In this document: piece by piece, positions 12,701 through 25,200 of the stretch
Layout of the letters: each line of letters opens with the position of its first letter
Position numbering within the stretch: position 1 is the stretch's first letter
NCBI RefSeq assembly: GCF_031769215.1
Contig: NW_026781915.1
Coordinates: 496,001 to 560,000 of the forward strand
Reading direction: 5' to 3'
Origin: Ylistrum balloti
Lineage: Eukaryota
DNA length: 64,000 nucleotides
The notes under the pieces: generated by a model
Seen by the model: the letters and a program-made list of their open reading frames with translations, nothing else
Database searches by the model: none
Told to the model about the DNA's origin: nothing
Program-made: the position numbers and the translations under genes

Positions 12701-13537
12701 TATCCTAAGTATTAAGTTTCCATAAATAGAACTGTTGGAGGTAGTGCCCAGACAAACTTTTCCTTTGATGTAGATCAAAGGTCATAATGTAGGTCAAAGT
12801 GATCTGATGAAGGTGACCATGTGGTCATCGAGACGTCATACTCTCATCTTCTACTGGTTGCGTTATAAGAATTTTATTCTGCTGACATTTCCAACCTGAA
12901 CAAATATACGTTGACACACCAACTCCCATATCACAAGTAGTAAATTCCTGTGATTAGTTTTGGACAAGGCACGAACAAGATAGTTGAAGAACAGAAGGAT
13001 GGACGGACACAACGCGAAACACAACACTCTGGCGATGGACTAATAGAGAAAAGTGTTTGAACATAAAAAGGTTACAAATAGACGATCATACTTGATTGTC
13101 AATGTAATATAGAATTATTTGCCTTTAGACGAGTGCAATATCAATAGGAAGCTGCCATCGATGTGCCAGTGCGTTAGCTTACCCGTATCTCCGCGTTTAG
13201 GTATGGATACCATATGATAGATGGAATATGAGAATGGCTTATTCATGAAGCTGCCATCGATGTGCCAACCAGTGCGTCCCACTCGTGTACAGCCTTCCGA
13301 TTCATCGTTCGATACTCGGAAAACGTCGGGATGAGGAGATTTTGGATGTTTGTAAAACGTCGACTCCAACTCTCCAAACCATTTACTGATTTCAACGTGC
13401 TTGTCACCACTGACAATGCCCTGGTTTTTAAAAATGAGTAATTTGTGTTTATGCACGTCGTCTCGAATACTATTTATGACTTCCTGACATGTAATTTCTA
13501 TTAACTTAATGTTTGACACAATCTTGCCGATTTTCAT
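9715..13537 (-). CDS. TauD/TfdA-family alpha-ketoglutarate-dependent dioxygenase, 4 exons, 265 aa
   Basis: Exons 13537-13183, 12144-12005, 11244-11089 and 9861-9715 (phases 1,0,0; all GT-AG) total 798 nt. Motifs: LLIFKNQG, GWHIDGSF (HxD), GDTAFVSL, HPVT, HKWEEGDFIISDNLAVGHEA (distal His) and ILHRTT (2OG-binding Arg). A few N-terminal residues from an upstream exon cannot be excluded. Confidence 0.9.
10170..10900 (+). mobile_element. Non-autonomous pearl/HINE-like element with internal tandem modules, in dioxygenase intron 3
   Basis: Repeated modules aaatt.cacttatttgaccttta...gaggtcaa...gcagtgca.tgcaca at about 10354 and 10726, with a related module at about 10590. Confidence 0.55.
11803..12040 (-). 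repeat. 106-bp tandem duplication covering the 3' end and donor site of dioxygenase exon 2
   Basis: atgagagg recurs at 11821, 11927 and 12033, with near-identical sequence between copies. Confidence 0.95.
12490..13050 (+). mobile_element. Non-autonomous pearl/HINE-like element in dioxygenase intron 1
   Basis: aaggtca...gtaggtca modules, aagtttc motifs and a ggatggacggacac microsatellite near the 3' end. Confidence 0.55.
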
Positions 13538-16227
13538 TTTTGTCTATATTACTTTCTTACCTCAAAATAAAAGAGTTCATTGACTCTTGTCGATCCAACC
13601 GCCAAATTTTAAAATGAAAAATCCTAAATCTAGATAAATATAAGGAACTGGATGCTGATACTTGAGGAGGAAGTCTACGTGGGATATAGTGCTAAACATG
13701 CCCGAAATAAAGATGAGATCATTTGGCTCTACTGACAATACTGCACTGTATTTGATTGTAAATTTGTATTGAAAGGTACAAGACATATTCACTTGTGTAC
13801 TGTAACGTTGTCTTACAAACAACTTTCAAAGTCATTCTGATATCCCAGAGTTACTACCCTTCCTTTCACTCAATCAGATGGTACAGTGATAAGCTTGACA
13901 GCCGATGGGGTCCGAGAAAGGGGTGAAATATATTCACACTCCAAAAGAGCTTGATAATTATACAAAGTTTTGAGTAATTATCTTAAATAGTTTCAGAGTA
14001 CTGGTCTGGAAAATGACCTTGATTGGATGGACAGATGGAGCCCAATTTAATATCCCTTGCAAACATGTTTTGCAGAGGAAAGAAATAGAACTCTTATAAA
14101 ATTTCTTTGTACAAAGTGCCATAACTCTGTAAAAAGTGGTAATAAGGAACTGAAGCTTGATTTGTGACTTTTTACAATAAAAAAAATATACATAATTTCT
14201 GCACAATATGTTGGTATGACAAAACTAGAAAATGTCTGTAACACATGAATGCTTCCACATGCGTCAATACATGTATTATGTATGAAGTTACCAAGGGTGA
14301 ACTTTGACCTTTAAACCTTGGCCAATGACAAATGCAATGTAAGGATACTATGAGGCAAATAAGAACCAAATCTAGAATCGGTGTTCTTATAACACCACCA
14401 ACAGAAGATACAGAATGTTAAGTTGACTACATTATGTAGTTTGTATACAGATTTTGAAGGTATCTGATATTAATAAATCAACACAGTATTTTTTTAAAGA
14501 AGGATGTGTTTTAATATCTCATTTTTTTTTTATTTTTTGTTATACAAAATGAAAATACTTCAGTCTTTGATTTTATCAATGTAGAACCCAACCAATAGTT
14601 CAATACAATGTTAAATGCTGCATCAAATTATACATATAATCCATTCATCTATCAAACCTAATCATAGCTCAACAGGTACCTAGGAGACTAATATAAACAA
14701 AATCAATACATGAAAAAAAAGAAAGCTGTTTTCTTGAAAGGAAGCAGTCACTTTGAAAATGAATTTTAATAGTTAACATGTCTAGAGATAGAAGACTTGT
14801 CATCAAAATTAAGTTTTTGAAATACTCCATACAAAAACAATGGGTTTTTTCTCTCTTCAAAATACCCACATTCAGTATGTGGAAACTTACTTTAAGGAAA
14901 ACAGCAAAAGTGGGTTTTTTTTGTTTTATTTTTTATCAATAAGGTGATTGTGATTATTTGATCAGTGCATGACAAACTGACCTGTGATGAAACCATCCAA
15001 AAAACATCCACAGCATTTTCCTTACAATGGCACACACCCTGATTTCTCAAATATCTTGACAATAAAAGTACATCTTTACAAAGAATTAACTTAAAATTTG
15101 TTGATAGTTCCTGTGTATCTCTACTCGAGTGTGCACCCTTATGGGGTTTCAAATGAATGTATAAAACTTGAATGATATCCTGTCTACAATTTCAATATAT
15201 CAACTACATAAATGCTAACACATTCACTGTACACAATGTAAAACATATTAAAACAGCTTTAGTTCATCATTACTTCAAAAAATTACAATGTTTACAAGTC
15301 TAAAATCATCAACTAAAGTTGGAGTAACACATTTTTATCAACAGTGTCTTTTCTGATATGCAGTTTTTGCAATCTGAAGAGCAAGTAACAAAATGAAACA
15401 TTATGAACTATCATGACAAATCTTCTAGATGAAAATATCCACATGTCAAATCACATTCTTCAGAGAGGATCTCAATGCAGAAATTAATAAAATGAATAAG
15501 ACTGGCAGTCAAAACAATATAAAACTTATATCAATCTCTTAACAGACAGATACAAGCAAAATAATGAGAAGAAAAAAAATGATATTACTATATGCCCTAT
15601 ATGGGATTTTGTCAGTCATTAGCCATTACATTGATGCAATTTTATCTATATTAGTGTACCAAAGTTTATATAATGTAAGTATGAGGTTTTTTTGACAGCA
15701 CTGTAATTTATTGTATGAGCTGATCCCTTTCAAAACTAATATGAAGCATGAAAGACAGAAAAGAATGTAAAGAATTAAGATCATTATACTGATAGACATA
15801 GTAAGTACTAATACAAGAAGAGTATACAGATCAAAGTTTTCAATGATAGTGTACAGAAGAAACATTTTTGATGCTAGTGTAACCATCAGTAAGAAACGGT
15901 GTCAATGCTAACATCCTGTAAGACGATCAAACAAAATTGTTGCCATGCCTTTAAGTATCACAGTTTATGAAGCAGGCAAGAATTTACTAGAATTAAATGC
16001 TTGTGTTAAAACGTTGTTGCCACATGCCAAGGAAAGGCAGATTGTGTCTTTATGAACTACATTCAGGGTGTGAATGAAATGAGAATGTCTGTGGGTATCT
16101 CTGTGTGCGTAGTTGTGTTGGCAGTCACTGTAGAGCTGTCCTTGGGAGGCGTAAATAGCAAACTTGGTCGCTGAAATGTACAATATACATTGCATTACTC
16201 CAGATTATATACCAATATACAGCTGTA

Positions 16228-19200
16228 TTAAACAAGATCATCACACCTGTCAAATTGCTGGAGCTTTATGGATAAAAGACAACAAAGAATTACCTGCTTA
16301 TGATCAATGCATAAAAACAGAAATTATTTATATCAAAATTCAGCTATATCAGCATCTTTCAGATAAATCAATCGTCTAATGTAATAAAACATTTGATAGA
16401 TTTTTTAATCACACAAAATTCAATATCCCCTAATAAATGTTATGTGCATACTCACCGCATTTCGACAGGCAGGAGTAGCCCCAGCATTTTGATTAAGGTA
16501 GCTATCATCTCCAAGATGCATTAAAGACTGCTGTCCTGGTGGTGTGAAGATTAACATATCATCACCGACTCGATCAGGCACTGAAATAACAAATACACTA
16601 TTGAGACAACAAACACATAAATGAAACAACAAACATAACTGAAACAACGAAAGAATACTAAAACAAGAAACACAAAAGGGCACTTCTAGGGACCAAGAGG
16701 AGCCCACAGGTGAAATTTGGGAAAGGCTCATTCTGTTTTTCAAGGAATGGTGATAACAAACTTTCATGGTCAACATCCATGATGGCTGCCTGTCAGCAAA
16801 TTTATTCTTCTGACCAGTTCAATTTCAAAAGTGCACAAAAGGGAATAACTTTCACATGGAATCTGAGTAAGATCCATACAGCAAGAAACAGGCATAGCAA
16901 TGAGAGACAAAGGATCGTCAATACAGATTGATCTGAACTGCCCACCGTCTAAAAAAAGACAGGAATCCCAAGAAGTGACTTTAACTGGACAAAGGTTGAC
17001 GAGACAATTTTCTTCATGATGATGGTGCACCGAGATATCCAATGTATGGGAAATGTAATAAGATCACTAAACTGGCCACCAGTATCCTTGCCAAAATCTA
17101 ATTGAAAATTTGTGGCAAGATCTTGAAGTTGAAGCTTGTTGCTTACAGAGTGGAAACTTCAGGGAACTGGTCATTAATCTTGATTGAACATGGTCATCAA
17201 TTTCCAATGAAAGGTGTGCCTATCTATCAGGTAGTTATGAGTATGTCAAACACAGGTATTTTCTCCATGATAAAAAAATGTCATAAATTATCAACATTTT
17301 TCAATTATACATTTACAAAGAAGCATTATTATATCATGATTAGATGGGTGTGATAAATTCTTAAGAACTGAAAACCTACAGTTCCCACCTGTATTACATA
17401 TGTGATGTAATGAATTATCACAAACTTTGAAGACCTTCGCATCCCTTTTGTATTGTGTGCGGGGTGTAATAAATTCTCATAGGATGAAAATCACAATTCC
17501 CTTCTGTATTACATGTGAAATGAATCAATTCTAATGATGGACAAGGAAATCCAGTTTCATTGTTTATAATTCAAATAAGAAATTTGTTTAGAAAGCAAAA
17601 GCACATGTCTCCACTTATTAGCAAATTCTTATTTACTGCTTTTGAAGCAGGTTGGTTTCGCTAGAATAAGAGCTAGAAACTTTTACAGTTATCTATTTGC
17701 CATTGTGTTACTGTTAACAATGGTGTTAAGATTTGGTTGCTATGGTATAGACAAATACATCTCTGTACTAGATATAGCAATCATTACAAAATAAAAAAGT
17801 TGAATGAGTTAAAAAACCATATCTACAGAGCATGATATCTATGATATCTTCAACAGTAAAAATGTAATGGCCCTGACAAGAAATAATTGGAAACATTCAC
17901 AGGTATTTGACCTTGAGGTCAAGGTCACACTGACCCAACAGAACCAGAAGAACTAAAAGAACGAGAGAGAAAAGAAAAATATGTCTCTCTTCATTTGAAG
18001 GGAATATATAAATGAAGGACAGAGAAAACTAACAACCCCCTCCCCTGACAAATTTCTATTTTTTTTTTTTTTTTAATAACATGATGTACACATCCGTAGA
18101 GCAATAAAAATAATTGTGGTTGGAGTTAACTCAGGAATAAACAAAACAATAAAAAAAAAATCAATGAAAATAACAGTTATTCTTATTTGTTAGCCAAAGG
18201 GTCTGAATATTCATGCATTAAAGAAAACTTACAGTAAATTGTGTCCAATGTTCATTACAAAACAACAGATGCAAAATGGTGCAAATATGGACAGAAAATT
18301 AGGATAGAAACTCAGGCAGACTGAAAGATTTTGAAATAGTGAGATAATTGCCACAGAAATGTGGTAACTGCTGTTGTTTGAGGGCAGGGAACAGGTCAAT
18401 TCTGACAGCTTTTTCTTGTACAGACTTGTATCTCATCTGTTTATGCAGAGCCAGGACCAAACTACAGCTTACCACTTATTACGTCCTCTACCACTTCTGC
18501 ATTTTCTTGTGCCGGGGAAGCTGAGAAGTGCACACTGCGTCTAGTTGAGCGACGGCGTTGTGAGGATGGCAACTGTTTAAGACTGGATGTGCGTCGTTTT
18601 GGTATAACTGGGGAATTTTTTATGACTTTATCTATAAATACAAAAAGAGGCAGATGAAGGAAAATAAAACCGAAAGTTAATAGCTGTCACCTGTTCAAAT
18701 GTATAAACCAAGCAGTTGTGAAGTTTATGTATGGGCACATTAAAATTGATATTTCATAGATTTAAGTTTTTCCATTCTTTCCTATTTATTTCAGCCCTTA
18801 TTTCAGTTATCATTTTTCCCCCAATGTGTTCTAAAATCTATACTACACCACAATCCAAACAGTATATAATGAGAAATTGCACAGAAAACTTCAATTACCA
18901 AAATACAAAATGGCCACTTGTCAGCCTTATTCTTTTTTCAGCCAGACTCAAAGCTGATCACACAGGGCTAGGGACCAAGGTAAATCTTTATAGTAAGTTT
19001 AAGAAATATCCAAGACTTCTTCAGAAACAGTGATAAAAGTAAAATAAACTATGGCCAAAATATTTCAAGATGGCTGTTTCTCAGTCATGTTGGTTTTCTA
19101 ATCAGTCACAAACTCCAATATACATGATCTGAGACAAAGAGGAATTGGCATATGAAATATAAAAATATGTCTTGTACTTGTCCGTAAACACTGATAACAA

Positions 19201-22200
19201 AATATAACCATAATAAAATTCAAGATAGCCACCTGTTGATCATATTGTTTTAAAGATTATTCTCAAAATTAATTATAAACAAGGGACTAAGGAGCGTCTA
19301 CATGTGAGATATGACGCAAATCTGTAAATACTTTTCAAGAAATAATGACAACAATCATTGAATTGCACACAATTTAACAATGGTAAGCTTGTAAAATTGA
19401 AACATTGTATCACAACTAGTGTGGAGAATGTCTTTACCAAATGGTCAGATATCTGAATCTTACACTTTTCACATCATCTTGCAGTTCTAAAAGTTTCTCA
19501 AATCTTGTTATTTAGAAAAGAATCAATTGTATTAGTTTTCACAGTAGTCACATGAACTCAACTTATAAAAATGTCTTAATATAAGAATTTTATTCCCTTC
19601 AGTCATATGAATAAATATTAGACTGGAAATGAAAAAAAATCTCAGTCAACAGTAAATAATCTAGATTGATGTTGAGTTGATAATCACACAGATATAAATT
19701 ATCATTTCTTATAAAACTATAATTTGATAGGTGTGACTATTACCTTACAGACAAGAGTAATCACAATGAGTTAGAATGTTGGGATAGCCAAATCAATTTT
19801 ATTCATCTTATTAGAAAAATAACTTTTGTGTCACCGTTTGGCTTCCTTCTCTGAAATAATTTTAGTACCCACCAGTGGTCTCAGTTGCAGAAAGAGCAGA
19901 GGATAGGTCCCAGACCTCATCATCATCATTGTCCAGGGCACTCGAGTCACAGGGAGCCTTGGAAACAGTAACATTGCTTGGCTGCAGATATTTGAAGAAA
20001 TCATTGCTTTTGTCTGTGTCCTGAACCACAGATGAAGGTGATGAATCCTCACATATTGACCTTCTCGATCGCAAAGATCTCCTGAAGAATAAATCATTTC
20101 AAACACTGAACTCAATTAAATAAACACACCAAGTTAGACTTGTTGTAAAACAGACATCTAATTTAACTTAACAAAAATTCATTACAAAAGTGGAATGATA
20201 CTGGTATCCAAGATATGTATTGTATAATTTTCTGACTGAATAAGCTAAAAACTTAATTTACATGTTAAGGGTATACACTACATATAGAAGTGGCATACAA
20301 AATTTATTGTCAATGAGCACAGTTTCTCACAATCACCAAAATTTCATGTTTTTTATCCAAAAAATGGACAACTGTATTTTTAAATCTCTATTTTTTCCGA
20401 ATTTGAATAGTACACTTCAGGATCTTACCATATACCAAATTTAGTGACTCTTAATACTTCGAGAAACTGAACCTAACCACAACTTTTTCACACTGGCAGA
20501 AACATAGCATCCATGTCTGGCATTCTCTCATTCATCAGGAGATTAAAAACAAACATGTAAAACAGTCATCAATGAATTAATGATCATGAAAAGTGACTTT
20601 GTGTTATATGTGTCCGTGTTTTTATCCTGATCCACCATAGTTACTGACCCTTACCCAAATGAATGATTTCCTAATCAAGGTGACAGTTTATGACGTATAA
20701 TGGATTTCTGTCTGTTATTATTTTTTTATTTATCTATTTTAGTTTAATTCAACAAAAAAGGCTTTTCCTCAAGTTGTCTGTGGTAATTATATGATTATTT
20801 ACTTGAAGTCATAAAAAAAATTCAATCTTTGTAAATGTGTATAAATCTAAATAATAACACCACTTCTCCACTTGGCACATGCATCTCTGATCTAGGACAG
20901 TGCTAAAAAATTACAGCAGAAACAAAACTTTTATACCAAGTAACTATAATAATATTGCAACTTTATCTCCAGACATTTTGACTTCCAAATATAGAAGGGA
21001 CAGTGGAGTTAAAACACTAATCCCCTCAGATACAAACCTTGGTGTCACCTTTGCTCTTGGGGTTCCAGTTGCTGTTGAAATATTTTTCACCACAGGAATT
21101 TCCACTTTTTTTACTGCGGTGTCATTGCTAAAATTATCATCCATCTCATTTTCCTTGTTATGAACTTCTGCTTCAGCTTCCATCCCTGAACACAGTCTTT
21201 TGGATAATGAGTGACGGGCAGGCCTGCTTGTACTTGTGACCTTGGGAGTGATGTCTCGTAACAAAGGACTGGGGTTCACTGGCACATATGACTTTCTGCT
21301 AGGTGTACGCAGGCTTGTAAGTCCTAAACTTTCAACAGCAGGAGAAGCAACTTCCAAAAGAGGTGTGCTCTTAGATTCTGAGACTTTCTCTTTTTCTGTA
21401 GAAGTGGTTGAAAGGTTCCTTTGAGGTGAACCAGCTGAAAATTATAAAGTATTATCTGCTGATTTCCTCTTAGTTCTGCATTTTTTGGTACTTGATGTAA
21501 TTGCTCGATAAATAAGAAGAAAGATTGTTGAGAATCATATCACTAATACAGGTTTCACTATCATTTCCCCAGCTTTTTACCTCCTCAATACTCAAAAATA
21601 TCAATGAAATGGGATGGCATTTCTTAATCTGGCTCAAGTTGATGTAAACAGTGAAATTAATATTATCAACGATCAGTGATAAATACTGAAGTGATCACCT
21701 TATTGAAAAATCTTAACTACCATGAGCACCAGATCAGGAGTAATATCTTAAAATATTGTTTGTTTAAAATCTATGACTTCACATGGTTGAACTATTACAG
21801 AATGGGCAAATTCATTAATATTTCTACAAATGACATACCTTCACAATGGAACTTTGGAGTCTTTTTAGGGCTGGCAACTTTAAAGAATCCCCCATCAAAA
21901 GTGACAACAGGTTCTTCATGGCAAATGATGTCTGGCGCAGTCTTTTTGTTTTTCATTTGGGCACGGAAGGCAGCAAATTTCGATACAACAGGAGGGCGTT
22001 TCACAGCCGGTTTTGCAGAAACCTTTTTCTGTATAACATACCAAATCTACTTTAAAAACCTAAATAATTTGTGTACCCATGTAATCTGCACAGGTACCTT
22101 TTAGGGAAGAAATTACAAAAATGAAAAGTTCCATCTATAATGCTAACCAATTATCTGTCACTGCATGTAACAAGCAATTTCAGCAACATGACAAACTTAA

Positions 22201-25200
22201 TCCGTTTTATGTAATCCAAACCAACTTTGTAGAATGTGTTCATTCTTTCAAACCGTGTAGGCTTTTGAGGGACATGGATTAGTGAAGCACTGTTCAAAGA
22301 CCAGAACTGTTGTTATTTTATTAACAGCAAATATGATACAATACACTTAAAACCAGCCTAGTGTCACAAGAATGGATGTCCCTTCATCATATCTGATGAG
22401 TGGGTGGGTAGGGGTTATTAATCATTTTTCAAATTTTGTTAAATTTTGGTCCGACCAGAAGTAAAATCTAACAACTATGGATCTTAATTCTTGAAAAGAT
22501 GAACGCATTGGATAATTTACATGTTTTTTTGAATGCAAGTCATGTTTTTTCATGTTATTAATTGATCTCCTTGGTACTGGGAACATTCAAATACAAATTT
22601 TTCAGCGTATTTGTTTGTAACCATCTTGACAATTTCTTCATCAGCTATATTCTTGCCATTTAGATCAACTGCTCTTAAAAATACTGCTCACATAAACTCA
22701 ACTGTTTCACTTGATGACTTTCAAGCATTTTGTAAACATCAAAAACAATTGTGTAAGTATGTTCATATTGTGATGTCACTTGTAATCCAATTTACAGTTT
22801 AAAACTGTCATTAAATGATAATGCAGTACTATAAAAAAACAATAATTATTTGATCTGTTTTCCAGAGAAGTATGTTAGTATGTTGTACTGAGGAAGCTCT
22901 AAAAACATCTAACATGACAAAGGTCTTTTTACACTGCTTGATTACCTTGATAATTTTTTTCTTGATTTTTGGTTTATCATCCACCCAATTGTTAGCCTTC
23001 AGCTTTTCCAGGTCTGCAAACTTAGTATGGACATCTTCCACCTGTAGTAAATAAAGTTATTGATATTACCCAGTAAACAATGACATCTTATCCAATAACA
23101 TTAGGCATGGGTAAAACCACACCAATGCCAAGGAATGACCCCGTATGTAAGCTTTCATACAGAAGGTATCATACGTCAACATAGCATGAAAATAGCACTG
23201 CATGGTTATGACCTAATAAGGTTAATTTTGTAACAAGTTAGGAATCATTACTGCATATCTTTCAGTACCCATACCCAACGCACAGCACCCCACTGATCAA
23301 CCTACATGCTTTAAATTTTTGTGATCAAAGTCCCATATATGCAAATTTTCACAAACTACAATAATAGGGCAAACCTAATTAGAACCATTCCATCTGGAAT
23401 AAAAATCCAAAGAGAACATCTAGAGAGTACGGTGCCACGCCTTTGTAAATGAAGTTCATGACAAAAGTATGGATAATGCCATAATTTTTGACAAGCATCT
23501 AAAACTTGGTTTATTCATTACAATACCTGGTAGTAGATCATGTCCCAGAAACCCTGGAGGTCTGTTAGGGTTGTCTCTTTCTCACCAGTTCTAAATTCAC
23601 AGTTGTCAACTAGACCTGTGAACTGCTTGAAGCGCTGTGACATCAACAGCTGGGCCTGACCAATACAGGTCCTTATTTGACCCTCCACTGGAAATACAAT
23701 ACATTCAGAGTCAAAATTATAGCTGTCCAATAAACAGTGTTACCACTGAACATACCAGTAACACCAAACTTAGCCACTCACTAATGAATATGACATTCTA
23801 CTCAACAATAAATAACAGTCTATTATGATTATGTCCTTGCACTTGGTATGACAAAACAAAAGATCATTCCTGTCTTAATGTCCAACTCATAATAATGAGA
23901 AAGAACACTATAAGATGTAATCCCTTTTTTTGGTAATAGGTATACTTGTGTATTCAGTGTTCAATAACAATAAGAAATAATGAAGAATCAAGATGAATTT
24001 GCAACAGGACAGCATTGCAGATAAACAAGAGTCGCAAGAGTCAAACAATATACACATACCAAAGCATATTACATAAGTGTTAAGTACAGGTAAATGAAAT
24101 GATTACCTCAGCAAAATGCCACTGAAAACAAGTTTCTATTAATAAATTAATAAAAAAACCAAACTGAGTGAGATTATCACCATACAAGACCAGGAGATTC
24201 CAGAGAGATCTTAGTGCCCACCATTTTTTACAAGTTTCAACTTTCCACTTTTTTCTTTTTCTCTAAGGGATAAAGAAGAACCTACATATAAAGACCTGAG
24301 AATACTCCATTTAGTAATTACCAATTGTCAAACTCAAAGATGGACACTTGTTGGCCATTTTGATCATATGATTAATCCCATAATGTGAAATGCACAACAA
24401 TGGACCAAGGACAATCTTCAAATGAAATCTAAGAATGATCTGTCTGGTGTAACAGAACAAAAGCAATAAGTCTTTGAAAGGACATAAATCACTTTGTCAA
24501 AATTGGTGAATTTAACTACTGTTCAGGAAAACCTACATAGACCATACAAGAAGATTTAAATCATGTTACAAAATTAAGGGCTAAAACTCCATATTACCAT
24601 TCATGCCAGATAACCATAGTGATACACATTTGGATTTACAGGCAGTATTTCCTACACGGAAAATACATGAGTCCCATAATTATTGAAATTGTTTATCATA
24701 CCTTCTTCACTTAAACCTGGATTGTCGTTGTTGATATCTTCCCACTTTGAACAATATCCATTGAAAATATCAGTTTCCTTAGACATCAGGTTTCGGAAAT
24801 ACTTCACATTGTGCTCCTCTGGTTCCGATGATATTGCCTCTGTACAGGGATAGGGAGAAATCATTGAATATAAAATATAATATCTGATCAATCTCTTCAG
24901 TGTCAATAGGGGTAATAATTAAGATTATAGTGTAGCATGGTCATTCGAGTCCTGACAATCAACCAGTTCAGGCATTTACATAATTTTTCTATTGATTTTT
25001 GTTGTTGATTTTTTCTGTAGGTAGCCAAACCTTCACAACTATTATGGAGCTCTGGAAGTGACACACTAATTCCAAAACTGGAGGAATAAATGACATCGGG
25101 AGATTTCGTGAATGGCTCAATATGATTGAATTTTGTTGTAAGATTGCCTGAATAAAACTAGATGACTGTCAAAGGCCACACCCATATAAGTGTTGAGTTT

